The position numbers and the translations under genes were made by a program. From the NCBI GenBank assembly GCA_001938485.1, contig MQRK01237023.1:1-54791 (forward strand): DNA of 54,791 nucleotides, given 5' to 3'. The notes beneath the pieces are model-generated. The model did not search any database and was not told the origin of the DNA. It was given only the letters and a program-made list of their open reading frames with translations. Origin of the DNA: Girardia tigrina. Its lineage: Eukaryota. Each line of letters begins with the position of its first letter. Within the stretch, counting starts at the first letter, position 1. This document shows, one piece after another, positions 1-12,600 of the stretch.

Positions 1-106
1 TTTTTAATTTTTAAAAATATTTAACAAGCAAATTAATATAAAAATATTTTACCCTTTAAATTAAAAAATAATAAACTATTCAGGCGAGATAAAAAATTAA
101 AATTAA

Positions 107-479
107 CCCCTCATAGTTGCAATAATAAAAATTAAAAATTTGAATATAAATCTAAATTTAAATAAATTAGTTTCAGATTATAAGAAATTAAATATTGATA
201 ATCCATCTGGTTCGGAGAGGCAAATCCCAAATCAACATACAACATTTAAACGTGCAAACACTACAGAAAACATCCACACACCAAATATTCCTCACATTGA
301 TAATATTTTACATTTTGTCATATTTTTATTTTTGCCTGGGCCCACACGGACCTATACCTAATAATAATTAATTAATTAAAATAATGAATAAATAGTAAAA
401 AATTAAGAATATTAAAAAAAATCTTAGTACTATGTATTTGGTCATTTTCCCGCCAAATAGCTTTTGTGGCTATGAAGGG
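107..479. mobile_element. piggyBac-like MITE
   Basis: TTAA|CCCCTCATAG ... CTATGAAGGG|TTAA termini: CCC/GGG ends with a TTAA target site. Confidence 0.55.
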
Positions 480-579
480 TTAATTTAAATTTGCATCTCG
501 CCAGAATAATTTATTATTTTTTTAATTTAAAGGGTAAAATTTTTTAATGTTAATATGCTTGGTAAATATTTTAAAAATG

Positions 580-1440
580 ATATAATAAAACAACTATTAA
601 TAAATCAAATACGTATTTAAAAATAAAATATTTTTAATGTGTTTTTTAAATATTTTAAAAATTAAAAATGATATAACAAAGAAAATCATAAAAAATTAAA
701 TACGTATGTAAAAATAAAATAAAATGTTTTTTTAATGTGTCTATTAAATATCTTAAAATTAAAAATTATATAATAAAGTAACTATTAAAAAATAAAATAT
801 TTTTTAATGTGTTTTTTAAACATTTTAAAAATTAAAAATGATATAATAAATTTTGGTGTTAAAAAATGAATATTGATGTTGCAACCACTTCTCACAGTGG
901 CAAAATGAAACTATTCGTAAAATATTCATATCTTACGATCTATTTAATATTTAAAACAAAACTTACAGTGTTATACTTTAGAAAGATGTCTCCATTTATG
1001 TACGAGTAAACTCAGCTCCGGCGCTGTATTATAAATAGGAGTATGACAAGTTTACTTGTCTTCCGTTTTACAATGTGTAAAAATTAGAAGCAAATAAAAA
1101 TAATAATAATAATAAAAATAGTAAGAAAATAAAATATTAATGTAAAGTAAAATAATATTAACAATAAATAAAAAATAATTATTAAAATAAATTTTAAATA
1201 AATAAAAATAATTATTAAATAAATTAAATAATTATTAAAATAAATAAAATAAATCTTAAATAAATAAAAATAATTATTAAATAAATTAAATAATTATTAA
1301 AATAAATCTTAAATAAATAAAAATAATTATTAAAAAAATTAAATAATTATTAAAATAAATAAAATAAATCTTAAATAAATAAAAATAATTATCACAATAA
1401 ATTTTAAATAAATTAAAATAATTATTAAATATAAAATATT
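580..1440. repeat. AT-rich tandem repeats (about 85-bp units at 580-850; AT minisatellite at 1140-1440)
   Basis: Repeated ttttaatgtgttttttaaa..attttaaaaattaaaaatgatataa and aaataaataaaaataattattaaa units. Confidence 0.7.
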
Positions 1441-1464
1441 TATCGAAAACAATTTGTCTCTCAC

Positions 1465-1898
1465 TCGATATTCATTTGTTTGGCGAATTCGCACTTCGAC
1501 AATTTCGACAACAGCAGAACGAACTTCCCAAAATCCTTGCCGGAGAAAATCAAGTCGGATGCGACCAAATCGGCCTCGCTGATCTGGAAGTGCTTGACGA
1601 CCAATTTGTTAAACAGCTTCAGATTCTCGATGCAGTCGAATTGCGATTCTCGCGGATTCGCAGTGAACTCGCGGTATTTCCCCAAATCGATCTCTTTGTT
1701 GCTAAGGACACTGAGGATCCTGAGCGGCAGCACTCCGTCAGAGATCTCGGGCATCAGGAACGACACTGGGTCGTGATTCTGGTAAATCGCGTCCGATTCA
1801 TCGATCAGCTTCAATCGCTTGATCCATTCGCGACATTCTTCCAATTCATATTGGGAATTCTTGTCCGTTATCATATCGATTGGCGTTTGTGATTTCAT
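1465..1898 (-). CDS. vav: Vav-type calponin-homology (CH) domain first exon (MKSQ...ECREWIK...ISDGVLPLRILSVL...SQFDCIENLKLF...DLIFSGKDFGKFVLLLSKLSK...NIE)
   Basis: Matches the Vav CH pattern (C..W; DGV.L..L; SQF.C..NI..F; DLF...DFGKV...LS.LS). ATG at 1898 (alternative 1874). Ends at a GA|gtgaga donor in phase 2. Confidence 0.85.
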
Positions 1899-2699
1899 AG
1901 GGGAAAAAACGGTCGAAAAAAAGTTTTCGTTTTCCAATTCGAATTAGCCGCGATAATTTTTTGTAATAGTAAATTAAATTGCGCGCGATTTCATTCAAAC
2001 AAAAACTGAATTTTTTCTGTTTGTCAATTATTTAATCCGATTTTCATTTGATAAATATGTAAATATATCTTACACAAAATTATCGCAAATTGTTAACGAA
2101 AAGTTTTTTTCGTTTTTTTTAATAGTAAAATTATTTTTTGTCAGATAAAATAACTTAGTGAATGTTAATTTGTTTGAGTGTTTTTTCAATTATGATAGCG
2201 CTAAAAAATTTTTTTTAAGTTGAAGAAATATTAAATTGAAAAAAATATTGAATAAAAAAAAATCATTTTTTGTTAAATTCATTGAATTTTGTGGTGAAAT
2301 GTTGATGCATTAATTTTTTCAAATAATGAACGGATGATTGCATCCTAACCTATACACGTTACCGGGGAACAGAAACAATTATGTTCTATCAGAGAAGAAT
2401 TCTTTACAATCGCCGTGCGCCTGTGACACGCAGCTAGTGAGGAGTTACCCTAATGATCACTTAGTAAGGTCTCACAAAAATATAGTCTGAGTCACTTAAT
2501 GATTGACTTTTTATTTGAAGGTACATGAGAAAATCAATAATAATTATGGGAGTATATGTTATGTGGGTATACACATGAGAAAAAGGTGGAATTTTATCAA
2601 CAGCTGCAGAGAGTGATAGAGAAGGAAAAGGTATTCACGATGAAAATAAGATGAAACTGCATGGGAGTTCTGAATTGTTTGTTGTTTTATATTTTGCAT

Positions 2700-2985
2700 G
2701 TTGTGTATTGATTTGGATTGTGTATTTTCTTTGATTCCTACTAATTGACTTTAATTTAATGTTAAAGTAAAAATATTTAAAATATTTTTCAAATGTAATA
2801 TTTAAATTATTAAATATAATATTTAATTTTTATAATGTTATTTAAAAATTTATTCTTTAATTGAAAAAATATGTAAATCTAATTTTAATCAATAAGAATT
2901 TTGATAATTAATAATTACTATAATAATTTTCTCATTTTTTCAAAAGAACTAGGATGACAGAAATATATTTGTTAGTCCTGTCACT
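2700..2985 (+). repeat. Dispersed repeat, second copy at about 19270-19550
   Basis: Shared tattttctttgattcctactaatt...ttaaagtaaaa..atttaaaat block and downstream colinearity. Confidence 0.7.
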
Positions 2986-3009
2986 ATAATTAATAATTAA
3001 ATAATTTAA

Positions 3010-5430
3010 CGATATCACAATTTGTATTTTAAAACACACAACCCCGTCCATTTATAGTTATTGTATCACGTCATCTGGGGAAATACGCAACAATACTATT
3101 ACACGACTTCTGAAGCTTTCTAATTGGTGANNNNNNNNNNNNNNNNNNNNNNNNNNNNNNNNNNNNNNNNNNNNNNNNNNNNNNNNNNNNNNNNNNNNNN
3201 NNNNNNNNNNNNNNNNNNNACATCACACACTACAACTCTCATCATACTCTCAGTAATTATCTCATAGGTTAATTATGTCATATATCTCTTCATCATCTTA
3301 CTCTTCGCACACATCAACATTTCCTAACTCACATTCCCCCCTCCGACGTGACTTCAGCCACTCTAAGTTTCGAACAATCTCTGTCCCATTATTGTTTCGA
3401 AGTCGATAATTTCGGTCGTGAATTCTCTCTATCACTTCGTATGGCCCGTCATACCTCTTTTCGTCTTTTTGTCGGATATCAATCCTCACATCCACTCTAT
3501 CTCTGATGTTAAACTCCCGTCTGGTAGGTGTTCCCTTTTCTCCATTTGTATACTGTCGTCTGTTGCCTTCTATTTCCGTAATTACTATCCCTGTTTCATC
3601 AAGTCCATTGTCTATGAAACGGTCCAAGTTCAATCGTCTTCCCAGTATAATTTCTGCTGGGCTGCTCTTTATCGTTTTTTGGAAGGTTGCGTTGATTGTA
3701 AATTCTATATGTGGGAGGCACTCTTCCCAATCCCGAAACAGTTTATCCTTTATACAACAATAAATCCAGTCTCTGATCATCCAGAATTGTCTTTCGATCT
3801 GTCCATTAGCCTGGTGATGGTAAGGGCTCGAATATTGAATCGAGAAGTTATATTTCTTCCCCAGCTGTTTGAAACTATCTAAAATGAAACATCTGCCATT
3901 ATCCACGTGAATTGTTCTTGGTGTTCCAAATTTTAATATCCAGTTTTCTGTTAGTGTTTTTATCAAAGTCCTGTCGTCCTGAGTTTTGACAGCCTTCAGT
4001 ACCATATATTTACTAAATTTGTCAATGATCGCTAAAATATATTTCTTCCCCGTCATTGTGGTCTTCATAGGCCCACAAAAATCGATATATAGCGACTCGA
4101 ATGGTTTTTCTGCTGTTAGTGTGCATTTCTCTTCTTTTGTCTTCTCCGTGAAAACCTTTCTTTCCTGGCATATCTCGCAGTTCCGGATCGTGTCCCTCAC
4201 TATGTCCTCAAACTGGTCCATTTCATAAAAAGGCTTTAGAAATTTGAAAATCTTCTGGGCCCCTATTAGTCTATTTAATGCTGTTGAAGATCGGCAGCTT
4301 AATCACAGAGAGATTGTTTTTTTGTTTGGCAAAATATAATCTGATTGACTATTTTTTTTTGCTCAATTTCCTTTTCAAAAAACTGTCACTTTGACCTGAA
4401 TGATAAATGTTCTCTTTCACTCACTGCTTCCTGCGTTTTGGTATTAATGAGAACGTAATTGTGATTTTCGACATTATTCAGATTATCATCCTGTAAATAG
4501 GGTGAATATTACGTAGAGTAGTTTGGACTGGTGTTAATATGTGATGATGCTCCAGTGGAAAAAGAAACAAAACTCGACGTTCACTATGACGTATTATTGT
4601 CGCAAAATTTGAATGAGAGTTAAAAATCTTTTCATAAATGTTCTTACATCTGCCAAATTTCTTACGAAATAAAAACCTTCGATTCACAAAAAACAAACGC
4701 AAAAAGACACAACCACACAAACACATCACACATCACAAACAGGAACAGCTATTCACAAACAGAAACCGATCAAATAAGACTCTGTACAGGCACAAGAGAA
4801 AGATAACGTCAAAGTCGTTCTAATCACACGGAGTTTGGGTATCACACACGTGGTGTATCCTCTTGAATTCTTCTTTCTCTGTGTTCGATAACCATATCAA
4901 CCCTATCCCGAAACTCTGTTGCGACGGCACGCCTCTGACCATATGAGGTTTTAAATTTTCCACTACCACGAACTTAACTTTCCTTATACATTTACCTACT
5001 TTACATTCGACATCTACTTCTCCTACAACAGTCATTGCTAACCCGTTTGCTACCGCCAATTTCTGAGTAGTCCTATAGATTGTCGCTGACTTAAAACGCG
5101 TTGCCGTCTCAGCTGCTATAACATTCATAGCCGCCGACGTGTTCAGAAAACATTCCAACCCTATTCCTTCTACTTCCACCGTTATGCTCGGTCTCCCTTT
5201 GAGCTTATTTTACGAAATATCTTCGTGTTCATCATCTATTGACATCATCTCTGGTTGTCCCCTATTGTTCTCTTTTCCAAAGCATTTCATCTATCTGGCG
5301 GTCCTTTCAGCTAACCCTTTATGTTTAAAAATATTATTTCTCTTCTTTTTTTACTGTTTATCGACTCTCCTTTATCCTCGTCTATCTCATCTCCCCAAAA
5401 TATATCTTCCTGAGTCTCTGTTCTCCCCTG
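3010..5430 (-). mobile_element. Ty3/gypsy LTR retrotransposon remnant A (gag tail, protease, integrase, PPT, 3' LTR; no RT/RNase H)
   Basis: Integrase ORF 4221-3298 (C..C zinc finger, YIDFCGP, VDNG, NGQIER, YDGPY). Protease-like 5179-4820 (FLNTSAAMNVI). PPT GGAGGGGGGAA precedes a TG at 3333, and the LTR runs into the gap at 3131-3219. Confidence 0.88.
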
Positions 5431-5739
5431 TTACAATTCGAAACTACATTACCTTTACTCGACAATCTACTTTTAAGTTTTATTTTATTATCATTAATAT
5501 TATAATTAATCGAAAAAAATTACTACGTTTATAAATAATACTTTTATAATTACTACTTTTATAATTATTACTTTTATAATTACTAATATGATAATTATCA
5601 CATGCATTATTTACATAAACCGGTTTAACATTAATAAAACGTAAGTTTTATGCCTGTTACAATTCGAAACTACAATACCTTTACTCGACAATCTACTTTT
5701 AAGTTTTATTTTATTATCATTAATATTATTATTAATCGA
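5427..5739 (+). repeat. Direct duplication of about 87 bp (5427-5513 and 5653-5739)
   Basis: cctgttacaattcgaaactaca.tacctttactcgacaatctacttttaag... occurs twice, 226 bp apart. Confidence 0.9.
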
Positions 5740-5824
5740 TAAAAGCGATCTATCCTGGAACAAAGTCCCGGCACGTCTAAGAGGTGCCGATCGTCGCCAC
5801 TCGGTCCGGCTCCCGGCACCCCAT

Positions 5825-5842
5825 TGGTGTCAGAAGTTGGAT
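5825..5842 (+). promoter_or_regulatory. Primer-binding site TGGTGTCAGAAGTTGGAT (tRNA-Leu-like)
   Basis: Follows the LTR end CACCCCA at 5823. Resembles the complement of a tRNA-Leu(CAA) 3' end; the match is from recall and has one mismatch. Confidence 0.7.
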
Positions 5843-8800
5843 TAACCGATCCAACACAGGTAAGCGATTTTGGATGTTTTTTGAAACGCGGTTGTTGCAA
5901 CACTTATACGCACTACAATCACCACGCATGTACCGTAATACTGACACGCCCCACATGAAACAAATTTACTTTCACACAGCACTCAACAATCAAATAAGCA
6001 CACACCACATCGAAAACACACTGAAAACAATAACTTTCACACACACAACAATAACAATAAACACTGAAGGGAACATTGTCACCATACTCCAATTGTCCAC
6101 CGACTGTTTTATCGAATACATCATAAATCATCTCACCAGCCAGTCGGGACATCCAGTCACACTTTATAAGCGGTTTAAACCTTTGCGCTCTCACCTCTCT
6201 TTCAGGCAGTAAGGGATCGTGACCGACATCACAATCACTTGCCACGTAGCACTTTTAGGCAGTGGTGATCGCGACGAGGGACCTGAACTTTTCTCTGAAA
6301 CCGGCATATCACAGCTGCATGAGACAATCGTAGTGCACTCATTGGCGTTACCGACGTTCCCGTTTTTTCTTGATGACAACGGATCACCTCGAACCTTGCT
6401 TGGATTAATGGAGTTCCGCCTGAAAACCGTGAGAAGCCAACATGTGCGGTTTCAACACAACACAGCCGCATTACCGGTCGATCAACTGCGGGCAATAAAC
6501 AAAGAACTGCTGCTGATCATGTCACATGACCGACCATACGATTAGTTGTGCCACCACTTAATGAAGGCATACTCGCAGTCTTTCGATGCGCACTTCTAGC
6601 AATATTTCAGGACTCAGATGATGGGAAACATGAGACCCACTCAGTTCCTGAACAAGTTTACAACCGATCTGCATGCGCTCAACCCAGCACTGGTCAATGA
6701 TGATGCAGATCAGCGACTGTTGCGGAAGCTCTTCCTCCAAGCTCTATGGGACACACAACAGGCCATACTGGCCGCGTCGGACAATTTACCACTCGTGGTC
6801 ATGATCGCGGACAAAATCGCCGAAACCGTTGGGCACGACAAGTGCCACTGCTAACCATCATGTCGGCAACCAGCGACAGCAGCCACACACCGAGCTCGAG
6901 AAAATCACAAGACGCACACTTCACGGAGGTAACCACACTGTCTAAACAGATAGCGGCTCTTCAGGCCAGTCTGACCATTATCAACCGCGACCGTGATTAC
7001 TCACCAGTCCAAACCGAGCCGCTCAGCAATGCAGTGACCCGGGGATCGCGGATCCATACTGCACGGATGACAGTTGTCCGATGTCCTAGAGGGGCAGCAA
7101 CCCCGCTATCCGGTTCATTCATGAAGGTCACTGTTATCCTGTGCTATTTTCACCGTCGATTCGGCAAAAAAGCTAAGAAATGCGCACCCGGATGCACGAA
7201 CCACAAATGACCGACGTGCGCATCTGGTACGCCAAATTCAGTACGAATGCTAAGGGTTGTGCTCTCAGTTGCTTCCACTTCAAGAGTAAAAAATTAGTAC
7301 CGCCCATCGTCCCGGTGGCAAGAGAGGTGGACAGAAATAACTGCTGCGGCATCTTCACATCTGAGACCAGAGTGAAAGCGCCGATCAATAGCGACCTTCG
7401 CTTTCTTGTCGCGACCGGATCCGCCGTTTCTATTATTCCTCAAACGTTCATGTCTCACTTGAAGCGACGCCCGCAGTACATCAGCGCCGCTAACAGCACC
7501 ACCATCCACACGTACGGCACTGTACAGCTGACGATCACATTGCACCAATTATGAAATCAATTCACTTGGACATTCACCACTGCCGGGGTGACACAACCCA
7601 TTCTCGGAGCAAATTTTTTGGAACACTTCAAGATCTTGGTCGACTGCAGCACTCAAACTCTCGTGGCCAAGGTACATCACAATATCGACCACAACTACCG
7701 ACAGGAATCAGCAGTCCCGCCGTCGACCACGACAGAACGTTCGATCAACACCCTGGATGCCGACACCACCATACAGATTCGCGTGCAATTTCCAGGCCTG
7801 CTGGATGACACGAATGCCGACAAGCCTACAACCTGTGTATCAATCAACACACGTAATCTCCACCACGAACTGTGCTCCAGTTCATCATGGCGTAGGAAAC
7901 TGTCACAAGCGATCCGAACACAAACTGCAGAAGAATTCCGGAAATTGGAATCAGCGTTTTTCAGGGTGTACAGTATTATCGTCACTTGACCTGAGTAAGG
8001 CGTACCACCAGATCCCAATGGATGAGGCATCAATCCAAAAAACCGCCGTCACTACGCCATTCGGTCTATATGAGTTGTTGCGTATGCCGTCGTAAACATT
8101 CCAGAGGCACATTGACATAGTTTTTAATGGGCTCAACAACGAGCCGCATATGTCAATGACATCATTGTTTCCTCCAGGAACCATGATGAACACAAAAAAC
8201 ACTTATTCGAAGTTCTGGCAAGGTTTCAGGATCACAACCTTCTCATTAAGTTCGACAAATGTCAATTCTTCAGCCAAATGTGGAGATCCTTGGCAACAAC
8301 ATTTCCAGAGACGGGGTCAGGCCACTGGATACTAGAATAAAAGTCATTCGAGACTTTCCTTTTCTAGAGACCGTCACGGCTATCCGTAGTTTTTTAGGTG
8401 TGGTTAATTATGTCAGATGATTCATACCAAACCTGTCCGGAACACTTGCTCCACTTACAACATTTTATACTGGTCCGAAACAATCCAAAATAGCCTGGTC
8501 ACGCCAAGCTGTCATTGCGTTCCAACAGGTCAAGGAGGATATGCTCGCTACAAAATCGTTACATTTTCCAGACAGCAATCTCCGTTAACCTTGAAAACCG
8601 GTGCATCGAACATTGTCATCAGTGCAGTGCTCATGCAGATTCGTGGAGACAAACCAGAACCGTTAGGGTTCTTTTCACACAAGCTGTCTCCACCGCAGAC
8701 GCAGTACTCGACCTTCGACCGCGATCTATTAGGGTTGTACCTGTCCGTTCGTCACTTCGAGCATTTCATCATCGCCCAGCAGACTACTGTTTACATGGAT

Positions 8801-10533
8801 CATAAACCCCTAACGTTCTACCTAACGATGAAAAATCCATCTCCACGACAACAACACCATTTCAGTTACCTATCCCAGTTCAACATCAACGTACAACATA
8901 TCAAAGGAGCCAACAATGTGGTGGGAGATTGCCTTTCTAGAGCTGACATAATGAGTCTTGACTTCGAGCCGTTGTTCACCACAGAGGTCTTGGAGCAGTA
9001 TCCACCCACATGGAAAGATCTCAGCTACTTCAAAATCCCACCAATCAAAAAAGGAAATGTGTGTTATGACACGTCGCTCTCGGGGTGCCTCTGACCAGTG
9101 CTCAGTCAGGATCTACGGGCTCAGGCCTTTCAGGCAATTTACAACTCATCACACCCTGACTCAAAGGTCACCTACCAGCTGATAAAAAACAAAATCATTT
9201 GGCCGTTCATGCAGAAAGACATTACTCTTTGGTCTCGCACCTGTTTCCATTGCTAGAAGAATAAGGTCATGAAGGACACCAAACTGCCAATACTGACGTT
9301 CCACACCGGCAGCCGTTTTGACAAGGACATTGTGGGACCACTTCCTATGTCACATGGCTACCAGTACATCCTTACCACCCTAGATAGGAACACAAGGTGG
9401 CCCGAGGCGTTCCCACTCAGATCACTGGCCACTGATACTATTATTGAAACATTTGTCAACCACTGGATTTCTTGTTTCGGCATTCGGAAGAAGATCATAA
9501 CAGATCAGGAGCGACAATTCGAGGCAGAGTTATTCAGCGACCTCACTAAACGATTGGGCATCCAGAAAATCATGACCATCGCGTACCACCCGCAAACCAA
9601 CGGCCTGATAGAACGATTCCACCGTACCCTGAAAAACTCATTCAGAACGTTAGCAGAGAAACATGATTGGGCGAAGCAGTTACCACTAATTTTGCAAGGC
9701 TGGAGAAACATTCCCCATCGCAGATATGGTACCTTGCCCGTAGAAATGCTCTTCGGCTTCAAACACCTCACTAAACAACGAACTATTCTTCAATGAGGCA
9801 CCAAGAAACGATGAGATGTTAATGGCGGCGCGTGAACACTTTTTGCAAGCAGACAGAACATCACCAAACCCAGAGAGACAGCATATCTTCGTCCCGAAAG
9901 AACTTGCGACCTCAAAGTTCGTCTGGCTCTAAAAGGAAACACGAACTCTCTAGAAAGTCGATACACTGGACCACATAAGCTTCTAACCATCGCACTAGAT
10001 AACAACACAGCTTAAATTTTGGTACATGACAAGGAGATCACCGTGAATATTTGCAAGCTCAAGCCTTGCCTGAACTTGGAGATTCCATCCAGGACGAAAC
10101 CAAGCCAAAGCCTGACAACAAAAACTTCCCCAAAAAGAAAACTACAACGTTAAAGCGTCCATTAGCCACGAAGACAACAAGAAAACCATCTCAAAGGAAG
10201 ATCATACGACCGGCACGTTTCGTGACAACACCAAGTAACGCGTAACGACCTCACGCCCTCGACACAACTACAACACACGCTCACAACATCACACAGCAAC
10301 ACATCACATAAAAAACACACACCACCACAACAACAACATCACGCAATAACTACTGCACACAATCACACCCCCACAACACAACGCATCACACGCAAACAGA
10401 CACACCAACATGAACAACACAACACTGCAATACACTGCGTTTCGAGGAATATTCATTCTCGCACCCCTCCTTCTTCCAGCAGCCCTCCCCAATGCAACAA
10501 CCACCATCCTCTGCATTCTTCGGCGGGGGCTCA

Positions 10534-11049
10534 TGTGGTGATAGAAAATCAAACAAAAAAACATGACAGTTATGTTTTAATAATATTTGATGGCACAATT
10601 TTAAATGAAATAAATAATTTTGTGTTTTGAATAAAAATTATGAACGTTCCTTTTTATATATTTTCGATCAGTTTTGAATATTAATCGTCGTTCGGATGTT
10701 TTTACCCGATGCTGATATTGACGGAAACCGCACTATGCGGCACAGGCTCCAATCGGTCGGATCCCGTGCGCCATCACCTAGCACAATTTGGCGACGCATG
10801 ACGGATCCCCACAGTTTCGCTGGTCGCACACTGGGGCCGTATTTCGACAAACGGAGCGGTATCGGTGTNNNNNNNNCCGCCGCGAGCCGATTGCGGGACC
10901 GCCGTCCCATGGCAAATTGACCGATGATCACCGGACCCGATCGGCAACAAGACGTCGTTGAACTGACGCGGCGATCTCTCCGGGATTCAAGTCCCGGCAC
11001 GTCTAAGAGGTGCCGGCCGTCACCACTCGGTCCGGCTGACGGCACCCCA
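10534..11049 (+). repeat. 3' LTR of element B (TGTGGTG...CACCCCA)
   Basis: Starts with TG after the PPT and ends with CA. Its last 80 or so bp match 5745-5823. Confidence 0.85.
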
Positions 11050-11749
11050 GAGACATTAGCAAAAATTTATCAATTTAGCGATATGTCAAATTAAGAAAGT
11101 TTTGGTGAGAATTGTTCAAAAGACAATTCAAATTGTGATAAAAATAAATGTGTGAAAACCCATTTTGGTGTTCTTAATAGTCAATATTAAATTTTTATTC
11201 TCCTTTTCATATATTCTTTAAACCAATATGCACTTAGATGTCGAATTCACAGTTGTACAATATATAATTTTTTTCTATGCGTTGATTAAGCGATGTACTT
11301 AAAATATAAGTTCAAGTGTAAAAATGAAAGTGAACATAAGTCTAATTTCTAAATCTCTTTTATAGTTTTTAGTTAGTTTGGTTTTATTTTTATTTGTTTG
11401 ACTTATTTCTTTTATTAATTAATTATTATTATGCATATTTCTCAATTAAATAATATGATTTTATAGATAGTTTATATATATAATTAATACCAATTTTACT
11501 TTAAATTTGTTAAATATTTTCCAATTTACTAAAAACATAAATATTTTATTTATATTATTTTTTATTCATATAAACAAAATATATTAGTTAACATTATAAC
11601 CCTAACATTTGTAAACTTTCATTTTTTATATATTCTTATTTTTTAATATTTTTATGACTGAATTTTTATTAAAACTAAATAACTTTTTTTCATTTTTGAA
11701 ATGCAATAAAATTTTATATTTTTATACTACTTTTCCTTCATCAGAATAC

Positions 11750-12325
11750 GGTTAGGTATGGAAAGCGTTGGTGTGGTTCCTTTTAGAAGAAATATCACAA
11801 AGTTCTCTTGATATTTTAAATAATAAAATCTCCAACTATTTTTTTAATAAAGTTAAAACAACTTTGGGTATGAAAGCTGATCTTAGTTCCAAAAAAGTCT
11901 TAGTTCAAAAATTCCAGATAGATTAATTCGATTATGAAGTACAAGATACGAGGAAAATCTGTAAGCGAAGCTTCTGTGGAACGAAATTTTAAAATTATCA
12001 AAAGGATTCACACATCTTTAAGAGCCAGTTTAAAGGAAGATATTTTTGAAGATTTGCTTTTCATTCGATATAATCATCCTAATAAAACGTTAAAGATGAT
12101 GATGCTGATGAAAATTCTGTCAAAAATGAATATGAATCTTTAAGTGATTAATAAAATTTTGTCTTTTCTATATTCCTTTATTTGTTTTTCTTAATGTATT
12201 AATATATTATATAAAATGTATTAAATAGTATATAATATATATTATATAACGATTAATGAAATCAGAGCCCGTACCGTGCCACCACATCCGATGGCCGTAA
12301 AATCAGCCCGTGTCCATACGGGTCA
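11750..12325 (+). mobile_element. hAT transposase 3' fragment (dimerisation domain) plus subterminal motifs
   Basis: SEASVERNFK...HTSLRASL......LLFIRYN (hATC motif); ccgtaccgtg / cccgtg subterminal repeats. Confidence 0.7.
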
Positions 12326-12600
12326 CAAGTGTGAATTGTACATTGGAGATTCAAATTGTCACTTCCTTACTAGAATTACTAAACATACTCAGTTAAGTAG
12401 AATAATTCGATTAAGGATAATATGTTGAAATATCATAGAAATTGTAGGAAAGGACATGACAGCAATTTTCGGGTTTTAATCAAAAACTTTGATCATACTT
12501 ATGAAAGGATAATTACTGAAGCACTGATAATTAATTTCTGAAACCTAGTTAAAACGTGCAAAGTGAATCATCCAGTCATATTAGAGTATTTTAATGTAAG
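12325..12600 (+). mobile_element. Penelope-like GIY-YIG endonuclease remnant
   Basis: CELYIGDSNCHFLTRITKH ... NFRVL ... RIITEALI, heavily decayed. Confidence 0.5.

Larger units (their letters stand above)
5745..11049 (+). mobile_element. Ty3/gypsy LTR retrotransposon B, near full length and decayed (gag-PR-RT-RH-IN)
   Basis: gag (MGNMRPTQFL, CYFHRRFGKKAKKC knuckle); PR (FLVATGSAVSII); RT (LDLSKAYHQIPM..KTAVTTPFGLYE); RH (YSTFDRDLL, DHKPL, GANNVVGDCLSR); IN (DIVGPLP, TDQERQF, NGLIERFHRTLK, YTGPH). Many stops and frameshifts. PPT-like GGCGGGGG at about 10522-10529. Confidence 0.95.

Noticed and set aside
1476-1892. Plus-strand ORFs of 138 and 98 aa
   Set aside because: Antisense shadows of the GC-rich CH exon.
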